Positions 1 through 12,321 of a stretch of DNA of 47,755 bases are shown piece by piece. Position numbers and translations under genes: made by a program. The notes under the pieces are model-generated. The model ran no database searches and was not told the origin of the DNA. It saw nothing but the letters and a program-made list of their open reading frames with translations. The first letter of the stretch is position 1. Each line of letters begins with the position of its first letter. Origin of the DNA: Octopus bimaculoides (Eukaryota); contig NC_068982.1 in NCBI RefSeq assembly GCF_001194135.2, forward strand, positions 180,037,665 to 180,085,419, read 5' to 3'.

Positions 1-181
1 GAAAAGACAACACGAAACCGGTTATTTCTCCAAATACAATGTTTATATACCAAAAAAATTTTATAACATTTTTCTGACATAATTTAAATATATACTTTAA
101 CCATGTAACACAAGCCTTCTGTAGTTTTTTCACTCTTATTATCTTTTATACATCCAACCACGTGCTTTCACATACCAACTT

Positions 182-251
<70 letters not shown>
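182..251. repeat. Compound microsatellite (CT)n(CA)n(TA)n
   Basis: Direct reading of the sequence. Confidence 0.95.
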
Positions 252-252
<1 letters not shown>

Positions 253-429
253 CTGTGTACTGTTCCATGATGGTAAGATATAAAAAAAGTACTCCATCTG
301 GTGAGAGATAAATAGTATTTAATAGACATAATACATGTTTTTATGTGCTTGTAATAGATTCTTGTGCTGAGAACATGCCTAAACGATGCATACTCTACGT
401 GCACATAAATTCTTTCGCAAAAAAATCTG

Positions 430-615
430 CATAGTCAAGACATTTTGATTTACCTGTCCGCCAGTTTTGAAGATAATCAAACCAAATTTTAATCATTTTG
501 AGCCAAATTTGGTGAAAATCTGCTCAGCTGTTTTCCAGTAATTTTGCAAACACAGACTAATAAGCAAAAACGAATGATTACAATACCCTGTTTACGCTTA
601 CGCGCGCAGGGTAAT
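430..615. mobile_element. Probable Helentron-associated non-autonomous element end (HINE/DINE-1-like)
   Basis: AAATTTGGTGAAAATCTGCTCAGCTGTTTT...ACAGAC... followed by a terminal hairpin TACCCTG (584-590) / CAGGGTA (607-613) and AAT. This layout resembles DINE-1/HINE termini. The other end was not found. Confidence 0.4.
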
Positions 616-1662
616 CATACATACATGTTTGCATCAATGTCTATGCACAGAATTATATTATAGAATTGTGTATTCATAAATTAATGCAAATAAAGAAAGC
701 TTGTTCATCAGATCACCAGACCATCATAGCATGTACACAAATATATGAATTTGTGAATATTCAACTGCATTTTATAATGATAAGCATATTAATGAAAATA
801 TGTGCGTATAATTTCGCACACTGAAATTAGTAACACCATATGAAGAAAGTTATAAAACAGCTGTAATTATATACAAATGATAAGGAAAAAATAAACCTAT
901 CGTCACCTACTACTGCCTAACTTATGCTTTATTTATACCTCGCAGAAAAATTTATTGTTTGGATTTCCTGGATTTTCAGTTACACGGACATATTACATCA
1001 CATTAAATGGTAATTGATTTCTACCTAAACTGATAGCCGACTATGAATGGGGAACTTACTGTGAAAGTGGCATGGTTCTTTCAATCCATATTGTATACTA
1101 CCCCTTTACACACACACACGCACACATGCATGTATGAGGGTATGTCTATACACATATATATATATGTATCTGTATGCATCATTTTGTTTTTATCTCCTTG
1201 AATACTTCCTATAATTAAGCTGCTGGTTTGTAACGAACAAAGCTCTATTATTGGAATTTCGGATGCCAACAAAATATTGAATTACATCTTGAATTTTAAA
1301 ATAAGTCGTGTTTATTTTCACTGATCCGGTTGCTGATTGAATTTGCAGATTCTAAGTTAGAGGATCTCTCATTCCTTTTCTGTCAGAAACACCCAACTTT
1401 TCCGAAATAATACATGGAATTAATATATGGACACTGTGCACCAGTAATTATAGGTACAAATGTACATGCATAATCTTGATAGAGACGATTGAATAAATCT
1501 TCAGCTTTCCGTAATTTTGCATGAAATGTTATCTTCCACTGGGCTGCTGGCCTCTCCAACAGTAGTTAGACTCCTATAAGGGTGTTGTGTCAACGCCCCC
1601 AGGCGAAGAAGTAGGATCACCCAAGACATATAAATAGAGGTAGTCTGGCCGTGGTAGGATTG

Positions 1663-1703
1663 TTGAGTAGCAGTTGAGTAGCAGTTGTGTAGCGGTTGAG
1701 TAG
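1663..1703 (+). repeat. 11-bp tandem repeat (TTGAGTAGCAG, about 3.7 copies) just downstream of a TATAAATA motif (1629-1636)
   Basis: Units start at 1663, 1674, 1685 and 1696. Confidence 0.85.
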
Positions 1704-2689
1704 AGATCATCCGAAGGTGCTAGATAGCAGTAGCTTGAGACATAACAAAGAGTATTGATCGATTTCTATTAGACATTTCCAAAACAGTATATGGCTTATA
1801 TTTACGTCCCAAACAGTTACGTTAGTTATGATGTGACTGTATGTAGCGTACGTTTTTATGACGATGTCCCACTAGTATGCTCCATGATAGAATACAAGAA
1901 ATACAGTCACTATCAGGAGTAATATTGGTTTCAAATTTTTTCACAAGGCCAAAACCAACTTACCTCCTCGATTGCGGTCTCTTCTACGGAATACATTGTA
2001 TTTTGTTTTAACAATAACGGCATACTTCATATGTCTACATAAGTGAACAACTGCAGATCTCATATACTTCACAGTTTCGGTCGCATCTTAGCAGTTTAAG
2101 AACTTCACTGTCTGTATGTTCAACTGGTATTTTAGCATTCATCTCTTTATCTTGGTTGGCGAAAGTGTAAACATTCGAAGAGCCATGAACCGTGTCATGA
2201 TTCCAAGACAAGCTACTCTTCTAGGCAGTACTGGCACCATTCTCATGTTACTAGAAAATGTGGTCATGCCTCACCTTTTGTTGGCATATGGATTGTTTCT
2301 TCTCCTTGTCTTTGTTTGCCCAAAAGCACATTGTATGTCATCATGAACTGAATTTTTTCTTGATCAATTCACCACCGGTCTGTGAATTCTTTTATTCACT
2401 TTGAAGCGTTTATTTGTTGAGGTATTTATACTTTGCTGCCGTTGCTTGGCAGATAATATCTGCGAGACATCATACCATATCACTGATACCATACGATATC
2501 AAAGCTGTCCGAATTGATTTTGTTCCTAATTTCTCTGTATTTTATTCTGAGATAGAGCCTGTCAACATCACTATTCCTGTGGAAGCTTCCAATTGAAAAT
2601 ATGATCTTAAGGGTTTTAATATCTATGGAAATATCTATGGAACGGTTTTCTTCTGCAGACCAGAGAAATATCATCTATTTTTCTGACAG

Positions 2690-2691
<2 letters not shown>

Positions 2692-2720
<29 letters not shown>

Positions 2721-2733
2721 TGTATGTATGTAT
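2692..2733. repeat. (TATG)n microsatellite
   Basis: Direct reading. Confidence 0.95.
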
Positions 2734-2967
2734 TTACGAATGTATGAATCTGCACGCGTTTTTGTGTATGCAAGCATGTCACTGCATGTAAAAATCTGCC
2801 TACTTTGGCTTACAAATACGCATATGCATGCTTATATTCGTAGGTCTGTACACTTGCATATATACCTGTTACAGGCAGTATCTTACATATCTTCTCTGTT
2901 TCATTAATAGTTAATAATTTTAAAAATCTAACTTTGTGCTCTCTGGTTTTCTGAAGCCTAAATGCTA

Positions 2968-3180
2968 AATCCTGGTCTAAGATATTGGCAGTAATTGAGT
3001 GGGGTGGGGATAAGCCGATCACATCAAACCCCGTGCTCAATTGGTACTTACTTTATTACATTTAAAAGATGAAAGGTAAAGTCGACCTCAGCAGAATTGG
3101 AACTCAGAACATAAAGAAAGAGAAAAGGCCGTTAAGCACTTTTTTCTGCCGTGCTGCCAATTCTGCCTGCTTCGCCGTCT
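2968..3180 (-). mobile_element. tRNA-derived SINE family A, degenerate copy
   Basis: Reverse complement matches the repeated unit GGCGGCGAGCTGGCAGAATCGTTAG...GTTCTGAGTTCAAAT (B box)...GTCGACTTTGCCTTTCATCCTTTCGGGGTCGATAAAATAAGTACCAG, seen more than 12 times in this window. Confidence 0.75.
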
Positions 3181-3191
3181 TCCATGTGTTT

Positions 3192-3392
3192 AATATTGGT
3201 CTCACATTTTGACACAAAGCCAGCAATTTTGAGGGAGGGTGAGTCGATTACATCGACCCCAGTGCTGTACTGGTACTTATTTTATCAGACCCCGTAAGGA
3301 TAAAAGGTAAAGTCGACCTCGGCAGAATTTGAACTCAGAACGTAAAGATGAACGAAATTCCGGCGTGCTACCGATTCTGCCAGCTCGCCGTC
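3192..3392 (-). mobile_element. SINE family A, tail type 1 (...CCAATATT)
   Basis: Head, B box, central domain and tail all align with the other copies. Confidence 0.85.
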
Positions 3393-3540
3393 TCCTATGT
3401 GTATGATATTAAGAAGCAATTAGTTACATAACCAAATGCACCGATAATTACAAGCATAAATCTAACTTCAAAGCCTGGGTGGAGTATTTTCAGATTTCTC
3501 ATAATCCCACTAGAGACGTTTTCTCTATCTTCTCTCGATT

Positions 3541-3757
3541 AACATTCTTTTCTACCCTAGGCACAAGGCCCAACATTTTGGGGGAGGGGCCAGTCGATTA
3601 GATCGACTCCAGTATACAACTGGTACTTTATTGATCGACCCCGAAAGGATAAAAGGCAAAGTCAACCTCGGGAGGATTTGAACTCAGAACGTAAAGATGA
3701 ACGAAATTCCGTTAAGCATTTTGCCCGGCGTGCTAACGATTCTGCCAGCTCGCCGCC
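3541..3757 (-). mobile_element. SINE family A, tail type 2 (...GTGCCTAGGGTAGAAAAGAATGTT)
   Basis: Well-preserved full-length copy. Confidence 0.9.
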
Positions 3758-3908
3758 CCTACGTGTTTGATATTAAAAAAGCAGTTAGTTACATAACCAA
3801 ATACACCAATAATTACAAGTGTAAATCTAACTTCAAAGCCTGGGTGGAGTATTTTCGGAGTTCTCATAATCTCACTAGAGAAGTTTCCTCCATCTTCCCT
3901 CGATTAAT

Positions 3909-4279
3909 GACCTCGACTCCGTCGGTCCCGAATGACCGTGGGTGCACCTAAGAGGTTCCCCTCCAGGGCACAAGACCCGGCGGAAAGTCGCTGCATCGCC
4001 GAACGCACAACCTGGGTTGTTTTTATGGAAGACCAGCAGTCGCCCATGCGTACCAGCCTCTTCTCTCCACGCCACCGATGTTATCCAAAGAATAGGTAAA
4101 GGGGCCGATACAGCTTGGCACCAGCGACGTCTCAACTCATTTCTACAGCTGAGTGGACTGGAGCAACGTGAAATAAAGTGTCTCGCTCAAGAACACAAAA
4201 CGCAGCCCGGCCGCGGAATCGAACTCACAATCTCGCAATTGTAGGCTCAACGCTCTAACCACTGAGCCATGCGCCTTCA
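3909..4279 (-). mobile_element. tRNA-derived CORE-like SINE family C (long tail) with 12-bp TSD
   Basis: Minus strand begins TGAAGGCGCATGGCTCAGTGGTTAGAGCG (A box), then GTTCGATTCC (B box) and CORE-like GTGTTCTTGAGCGAGACACTTTATTTCACGTTGCTCC. CCCTCGATTAAT is duplicated at 3897-3908 and 4280-4291. Confidence 0.9.
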
Positions 4280-4291
4280 CCCTCGATTAAT

Positions 4292-5590
4292 ATTATGTTA
4301 ACATTTATTGGACAACTGATTACAAAGACTAGGCACACTTTAATTTTTCTCTCTCAGATCATTATATTTCGTATGTTGTGCCTACAATATATTGAGTTTT
4401 TATCAGGAACTTTCAACTAGTATTATTTCCAATTATGGGTGAGTATGCTAACCATATCATTCCAACTTCATTTATTTCGATCGTCAGCATTATTCTTTCT
4501 ACAGATCATAACGAATATCGTTTTAGGCACTGTAACATATCAAATACTTAGAGAGTATCTTGATGATGTTTTGGATATCTACTTATGTACATGACATCCT
4601 AAGTACTATTTCCACAGAGTCTGCAATTGTTATTTTATCTAGGTATTTTTTATTTGCATATTTTATTTTTATTTCTTCTTCCTGAATTGCGAAAGTATAT
4701 CTTCAAACCGAGTTAATATAATGGTTTTCTTCCTTCCAAGGTAGACTTGTTTGGTTATTCTTTGTTACTATAAATTTGGAGCATTCCGGCAACACAGCGA
4801 CGCACTGTCTTCTGTTGATATGTAGAAAATTCTTCATCTGATGTCATGCTACATCAAAATTGTACAGAAATCCCGGGTGTGTATTACTGGGTTCTCAACG
4901 AGAGAATACTAACCAAAGACATTCTTTCCAACTCTCGTGATTTTATTTGCCTTGTTTATGATTGCATTTCGGTGTTACATGGTTAGTAGTTGCTGCCGAA
5001 CGAATATGATACGACATTCAATAGCTCTTTGAACTGATATTAACTCTTTGTTACCTTGATTTTGTTTTAGGTAAAAATGATTAATAGTGGTTAATAATTC
5101 TTCAGCTTTATCATCAACGACCCGGAACTTGTGTTTGTATTTAGTAAAAGTTTTAATGTGAATGTTCCGCCTATATTCCATGTGCTGGAATATATGAATA
5201 TACTTTATCGAGTAGCTCAAATGTCTGTATGAATATAGGAACAACAAACATTTTGGGTCACTGATTTGCGCATGGAAAGGATTCTGAAGACCAGACATTT
5301 TCATCCGAGTGCAATATTCCATCGTGACGTGTTCCTAGTTACAAGGTCCACCATAGAATATATTCTCGTCTATCTCTAGATACCTGAGGTATTCCTCGTT
5401 GGATATCGTAGAAATAATCAGGCTGTTAACAGAGATATCAATAGAGACAGCTTGTATCCAGGAATATTTATTTTGGTGAGTCTTTGTTTCTTTTTCCTTT
5501 TAAGAATGTCATCATTAAGTCAAAGCTTTTCTTTATAAATTCCAAGTTTTTCACATATATCTTCTGATCATCCATAACCAAGCTATGCTT
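4292..5590 (-). mobile_element. Degenerate R4/Dong-like (RLE-type) non-LTR retrotransposon fragment: RT C-terminus, CCHC knuckle, start of RLE
   Basis: Frameshifted translation gives YLRYLEIDENI, VWSSE...FVVPIFIQTFELLD, YLKQNQGNKELISVQRAIECRII, YTFAIQEEEI, NNCRLCGNST and CRHNIRNIMI*ERKIKVCLVFVISCP. The last two motifs align with the 23.5-kb copy. Confidence 0.8.
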
Positions 5591-5658
5591 TGAGGTCAAA
5601 CATATACAGTTCATATTTCATCAGCAAAATAATTAAAGAAATTCACTGCTACCATGAG

Positions 5659-5764
<106 letters not shown>

Positions 5765-5771
5765 TGTGGTG

Positions 5772-5823
5772 TGTATCTCGTTGAAATATACCTCTGCGTT
5801 GGGGTATATTTCAACGATATACA
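5772..5823. other. Near-perfect 21-bp inverted repeat with a 10-nt loop
   Basis: TGTATCTCGTTGAAATATACC (5772-5792) vs GGTATATTTCAACGATATACA (5803-5823), one mismatch. Confidence 0.9.
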
Positions 5824-6042
5824 TTCTCCTAGGTTTTCAAAGGAGACACACTCACTTAGGTTTTCAGAGCAGGACATAACTTATTGATTAATTTCAGAAT
5901 GGTTTTCCACAAGGAAACTGGATTGTGTTTGGCTTTGATGGGATTGAATGACTGAGTAGATATAGAAATCATAAAAACATAATAGATACAGACACGTCAA
6001 GTTGACTGGTACGTCACAGTAAATTTGACACTTCTCTTAGTG

Positions 6043-6263
6043 TACGAGGGGTGCTGAAAAGTTCCCACCTTTAGGTGAAGGAAAATACAGGAGGATCAGT
6101 TAATTATGATTTTATTCACCAAATTCTCTTTCTCAGATTTACTCACTTATTGTAGCAATCCTTCAGTTTTTCAAAGCCCTGTAAAAGATCTCAGAAGTTT
6201 GGGCCTCCAGCCAGGCCTTTCGCGGTACCCTTAAAGCCAGAAACTTCTCAGCACCTACTCGTA
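6043..6263. mobile_element. Mariner-type MITE with TA target duplication
   Basis: TA-CGAGGGGTGCTGAAAAGTTCC... and ...AAGCCAGAAACTTCTCAGCACCTACTCG-TA form imperfect TIRs of about 30 bp. A related copy lies at 24380-24548. Confidence 0.85.
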
Positions 6264-6486
6264 GAGAGAGACACCACTTCCTCGTTAAGTCACACCATTA
6301 TTAAAGTCGTTACTTTAAAAGTGTTTTAAAATTATATTATTTTACTATTTCGACTGAGACATACCTACGTTTATCAGAAGACCAAGAGAGTGTATATCAT
6401 CAACTTAACCTGGCTTCGCGTATCACGATTCAGGAAAGCAACTGTCAATGTCTATTGCAGGCTAAAAGTATATAAGCACGCATTCT

Positions 6487-6651
<165 letters not shown>

Positions 6652-7302
6652 AACCAGCAGAAGTTACAAACTGATTCAAGAGCCGAGAGTTTTTGTGCAT
6701 TGGCACTTATAGATTATATCTGTACGGGGAGAGAATGAGAGTGTATGTAGAACACGTAGATAAGAGAGAGAACACTTATGCAGAGGGAAAGTGTGAGGTA
6801 GTATTTATAGACACAGACATATGGACACAAAACTTTGATATGAATGAAGAAAAAACAAAAAGTTTCTAAATTTTTCACTGTGATAAGAAATATAGTGAGT
6901 AGCGAGAAGTTTGTGACAAGAACATTGATCTTGTAATCTGCAGCATCCAGAGAAAACATCAGTGAATTATTATCTTTCTTAGAGACATTCTATTGGAAAA
7001 GTAATATCTAGTCTCGTCCTTTCAAAGAGCTGTTTCAACGGAAATATTAAAGAAATATCTTTTAAAACCTCAAGTTAAAACTTCTAACAGATGTAAACCC
7101 AGATCTGCAGCAGTTTCCCGAGATAGAGAAGAAAAATGTGTTATGTTGTAGAAGTAAGGAAAGGAAAGTATTGACCGTGAACTGGAATGAAGCTGAAGGG
7201 TTCTATATCATCTGGGTATTTTTAGTAGGAAATATTAATGCATTGGTGAAGATACAGGGTCAAAATAATCGAGTTGTTTTTGCTTGCCGCTCGGCCAGCA
7301 TT

Positions 7303-7424
7303 AAGGCAGCGAATTGGCAGAGTCGTTAGAAGAAATGTTGGATAGAATATCTCGTAGTGTTTATTCCGACTCTCTGCAGTCAGAGCTAAAATCCTGCTGA
7401 GATCAATTTTGCTTTTGTTCTTTT
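7303..7424 (+). mobile_element. SINE family A, degenerate 5' part
   Basis: AAGGCAGCGAATTGGCAGAGTCGTTAG head, followed by a decayed B-box region. Confidence 0.6.
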
Positions 7425-7880
7425 TATTAAGCCCTTCACTCCCGATAGAGTGTAGACCATCAAACACTTTTTTCTACTTTTCTTGACGCTGCCTTTCTTT
7501 TCTGCTTCTTTCTAGTTGGACCCCTTCTTTCCCAGCTCCGCCTCAACATCCCTTCTCCAGCTATTTTTAGAACGTCCTCTCTTCCACCTCCCCTGTGAGT
7601 TTTAGGTTGTATGTCTCCCTGGGAGAATGTCTTCCTCTCTCTGGTCTTGTTGCTTTTAAATTATCGATGCTTCTATAACGATACTGTTTCCCTAGCTAGG
7701 TATATTGGCCCCACGCAAATCCATTTTTACCTTTGGGAAGAGCCGACCCATATTAGTCTGGCCTCCAACCTTTTGACCTGTCCAGCATGGAAGGCTCTAC
7801 ATGGAGCTTGCGCTCCGTTGACAAAGCTTTCAGGGATATGAGGCACAGAAACTACTACACTGCAACAACGACCGAATCTT
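7425..7880 (-). mobile_element. RTE-clade LINE remnant: 5' UTR-like segment joined to the ORF 3' end
   Basis: 7430-7610 translates T*NSQGRWKRGRSKNSWRRDVEAELGKKGSN*KEAEKK, matching the RTE C-terminal WNPQGKRKRGRP motif. 7750-7870 resembles RTE 5' UTRs (minus strand ...CCATGCTGGACAGGTCAAAAGGTTGGAGGCCAGACTAA). Confidence 0.7.
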
Positions 7881-8674
7881 ATAGTTTGATCTTTACGGGG
7901 TTGATGAATTAAGCTCTAATTCTGGGTGGTTTATTGACTCGGCTGTTAGAGGACTCTAACAGTAACATCTGCAACGATATTGATGCCAAGCCGTATCAGC
8001 TGAAGTTGACAGCCTTTCCTTCATTATTGCTTAGATGGAAGACTTGTATGCATAAGGAAGGCAAAAACAAAGCAAAAAAAAACACAAAACAAATCTTGTC
8101 CAGACCTGACAAAAAACACAGATGGTCAATCTTAACTAATTAGTCAATACTAATTAAGTCAGTCCTGTCGTGTATCAAAAGCGTTTCATTTGCGACCATA
8201 CCGTATTTTTGTACATCTAGTAAGTCCAGTGTGTCGTTCTCCTTTAAAACGATAGTGTATCATCTTGTAGGTTGATTTAGCTGCTATTTCTTACAGGTGG
8301 AAAAATCGCAATTGTCTGTTCAAATCTGCTGTATCCTTCCAACAAGGAACCTCACTCTGAATTATCTCTATGAAACTACTCCGAGGGAATCGTCACAAAG
8401 TGTTTCTTTTTTTTATCTGCAAAAGACGCGCACTCCATCTAGAGATCAACTTCATTCATTTTTATGATAATAAAAAACGCAAAACAAAAAAAAGAGAGAG
8501 AGAGAGAGAGAGAGAAATATGTTCGTTAGATAATTCTAATCTTTAAAAGGATTAATTTCTTCTTATTTCGCCTCAAACTGTCTCAGCAATAAAGGGAAAA
8601 ATAAACTCACGTTAGTATTTTCCAATGTTTCATTACACAAATTTCAATAGTTTTATCTCGATTATACAAAGAAA

Positions 8675-8745
8675 TCTCTACGTGGTTACACCCTTCATTA
8701 GAAATAGCAGTTAAATCACTCTGAAATCATAGCCAACGTTTTAAC
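8675..8745 (-). repeat. Short interspersed repeat family D (GATTTRGCTGCTATTTCT core); other copies near 8270-8300 (+) and 27908-27980 (+)
   Basis: Three dispersed similar segments. Class unknown. Confidence 0.5.
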
Positions 8746-9264
8746 TAAAAAGAATAACAGACGATAATGTAGATTTGGAGGTATTTCTAGAAATAAAACG
8801 AGAAGGCCACCGCTAGATCTAAATAAGAGCAACAACAAAAGCCTGCCCTTGTCTCGCCTGAAGTTCCTTTTATAAATGAATTCTTTACTTCTTATAATGG
8901 TAACTTCTGGAATCCTTCAAAGTCTGGTAAAAGACAAGAAAATGTTATGAGGACACTTTTGAAGTGAATCGTATTTTTTTTGGTTCTAAACTTTTAATAG
9001 CAAAACTGAAATGTTTTGCCGCATCTGAGAGGAATGTGATGAAGGCAACATTGGAGATAAGGTGAAATGTCAACACATTTGAGATCTTTGTAGGGAGCTT
9101 TTTGAATTTATTAAATAAAACTCTTGACACAGCAGTTCAGAGGGTACACTTCTTCTGTCTCAAATGAACACCCTGGCGGTTGGGTTGACGGAGCGACATC
9201 TTTTAGGTCTCGATTAAAAAAACAAAAAAAAACACCTACTGACTGTTTGATCTTATTCACAAAC

Positions 9265-9492
9265 GTGCGCGCGCACGCACACACTCACACGCACACACGC
9301 TCACATACACACACATACATACATACACACAGCACAGAGACACACAATATAGAAACAAGGATACAGACACAAACACTCACATATATGTACGTACGTATGT
9401 ATGTATGCATGTATGTATATGTATGTATATGTATGTATACTACCTTCCCCATCTTACCCCTCATTCTATGTGTGTGAGCGTGTGTGTTGTCT

Positions 9493-9579
<87 letters not shown>

Positions 9580-9653
9580 ATTATATATATATATGTACGT
9601 GAGAAAGTGTACATACATACACACACATACACATACATGCATATATATTCATA

Positions 9654-9693
<40 letters not shown>

Positions 9694-10808
9694 AACACAA
9701 ATAAATATGTATGTGTACCACATCCGTATACACATACATATACATGCAGTCACACGTTTTATCAATCTTTTTCTAAAATATATTACCAAGGGAAATTTAT
9801 TCGTCTAGAGAAATTTGGGTTCACCAAATCCAGAGGCGATGGGTGTAGACTTGTTTGCTTGTTCGTGTGTGTATATGTGTGTGTGTGTGTATGTGTGTGT
9901 GTGTGTATGTGTGTCTGTATGTGTATGTGAGTGCGTGTGTATATTTATGAATGTATGTATGTGGATGTGCCCATGACCTGGTATGTACACGTGTATGTGT
10001 TTAAGTGTGTATGTTACCAGTGCGTGCGTGTTTTGCCATGTGTTTGTGTATATGCGTGTATGTGCGCGCGCACGTAAAGCGTGCATATGTATATGTATGC
10101 ATATAGTACCAGTGTGTGCCTGTGTGTGTGTGTGTGTATGTGTGTGTGTGTGTGTTTGTGTGTGTATTCACGTATGCATGTTCGCAAAACCCTGATGAAT
10201 GGGGGTAGATTTATATGTGTGTGTATGTATGTATGTGTCTACATGTCTGCATGAATATTATGTATTTGTGTATGTGTAAATATAAGTGTGTCGTATGACT
10301 TCACAGCAGTGTGGGTTTATGTGTGCGTGTATTGGTGGAGGGTGGGCTGGCTATATTATTTATGTCTTGAAGTCGGTGGGTAGCAACTGTCCTAAACAAC
10401 ACAGTGTGTCTGGGGTAAGGAGGAAGTCCTAGAGACCAGACCGGAAGTTGTGTAAGGTTTTTCTTAAACAGTTGCCTGATGTGCAAGTTTAGTACTCCAC
10501 CGCAGGAAGTTGTCTAGAGACACCACTACAGGCGCTAGCTAATACTACCACCACCACCACCACTACCACCGCCACCACTGCACTTGTTGTGTCTTTGTGC
10601 TACTGCTGTGGCTGATATCTATGCTATCGTTCACTTCTTATTTTTACTAATTTTGCTGTTATCCACAACTACATCCCTAATATTTTCGTCACTTTTGCTA
10701 TGTGTTATATATATATATAACAATAGTCTACACATTAGTAATGTATATATATTATATAATGCAGTATATATATATATGTGCGTATGTGTGTGTCTCTGTG
10801 TGTGTGTT

Positions 10809-10887
<79 letters not shown>

Positions 10888-10973
10888 GTATATATATAAA
10901 GCTGTATATATATTAAACAAAGCAGGATATACGAACAATATATCATGTACAATAGTGTGTATATACTGTGTAA

Positions 10974-11041
<68 letters not shown>

Positions 11042-11292
11042 GCCAGTTCGCTGCCTTACACAAATATTTAATATTGGTCTGAAATTTTGGCTCAAGGCCA
11101 GCAAGTTCGAAGTAGGGGATAAGTAGATTACATCGACCACAATTTTCAACTGGTACTTTTTTTATTGACCCCGAAAGGATGCGACACATAGTCGACTCCG
11201 ACAGCATTAGAACTCAGAACGGATACGTACATACATGTGTATGTATATATGTGTATGTGTGTATGTGTGTCTATATGTGTGTGTGTGTGTGC

Positions 11293-11329
<37 letters not shown>

Positions 11330-11340
11330 TGTGTGTGCGT
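9265..11340. repeat. Microsatellite field: (CA), (TA), (TG), (TATG), (TCTA), (CAC)
   Basis: Direct reading. It accounts for the YI/CV/TH-repeat ORFs. Confidence 0.9.
11041..11225 (-). mobile_element. Fragment spanning two adjacent SINE A copies; duplicate of 13209-13393
   Basis: 185 bp, near-identical to 13209-13393, including the inter-SINE spacer TTACACAAATATTT. Confidence 0.9.
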
Positions 11341-11476
11341 TAGTTGTCAATATGCTATACCGTGCATAAGATATATATTAATAGTGTATATTAGTATAGA
11401 AAGCAATACGTGTTGCATATATAACATTCAATGTTGCGTATACATTAATAGTGAATATTCAATAGTGTAATTATAT

Positions 11477-11514
<38 letters not shown>

Positions 11515-11830
11515 ATATTATACAACGCAGTGTGTATATTATACAATGCAGTATATGTTTCAGTTAGTAGTAAATGTATTATACTGTATAGGGTATATAA
11601 ACAAAGCAGAGTACTATACGTCCTCGTATTATAATGCCAGTCTTCCTTGTTGCTGTTGTTATTTGCCGTTCTTGCAATCGCCGTTGCTATTGTTACTGTT
11701 GCTATTAACAACGAGTTCCCATCTACATTTTCTGTGCTTGCTACCGTTGTTGCTAATTCTATTCCTCCGCCTCCACCCCTCCCACTCCAGCTGCTGCTGT
11801 GTCTGCTGTCGCCGCTGCCTCTTTAGAATC
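11477..11830. repeat. (ATG)n and GTT/GCT low-complexity tracts
   Basis: Direct reading. Confidence 0.8.
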
Positions 11831-12125
11831 TGTGTTTATCTGGAATAAAATGTGCTGAAATTTGCTGAAATTTTGCTGTGATGAAGTATTTAAGAGACCA
11901 GGGAGAGTTTAGATTTGTGGATGATTTAGTTGAATAGTTTTTACGTGTGTTAAGGAAAGATTTTTTTCTTCTTTTTATGTTCTCTGTTCTACAGATGTAT
12001 TCAGGAAAGTTAGCCAGGTAATATATTATATAAATATATACGTGCTCGTTAACTCCACACAAATATACTGACAGGTAGTTTTTAGGTTGAGAGTTATGTG
12101 TCTGTTTTTGCATCATAATACACAC

Positions 12126-12215
12126 AAGTACTGGGGTCGACTCGTGCGACTAAAACACCTCAAGGCGGTGCTCCAGTATGGCCGCAATCTAATGACTGAA
12201 ACAATTAAAGATAGC
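12126..12215 (+). mobile_element. SINE family B 3' end
   Basis: AAGTACTGGGGTCGAC...CAAGGCGGTGCTCCAGTATGGCCGCAATCTAATGACTGAAAC matches 16910-17007 and 26875-26965. Confidence 0.8.
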
Positions 12216-12283
12216 AGAATGGAATATCATGACCATAGATTTATATTGATGGCTTTTCATCTCAACTACCCTATTCCTCTCCA

Positions 12284-12321
<38 letters not shown>

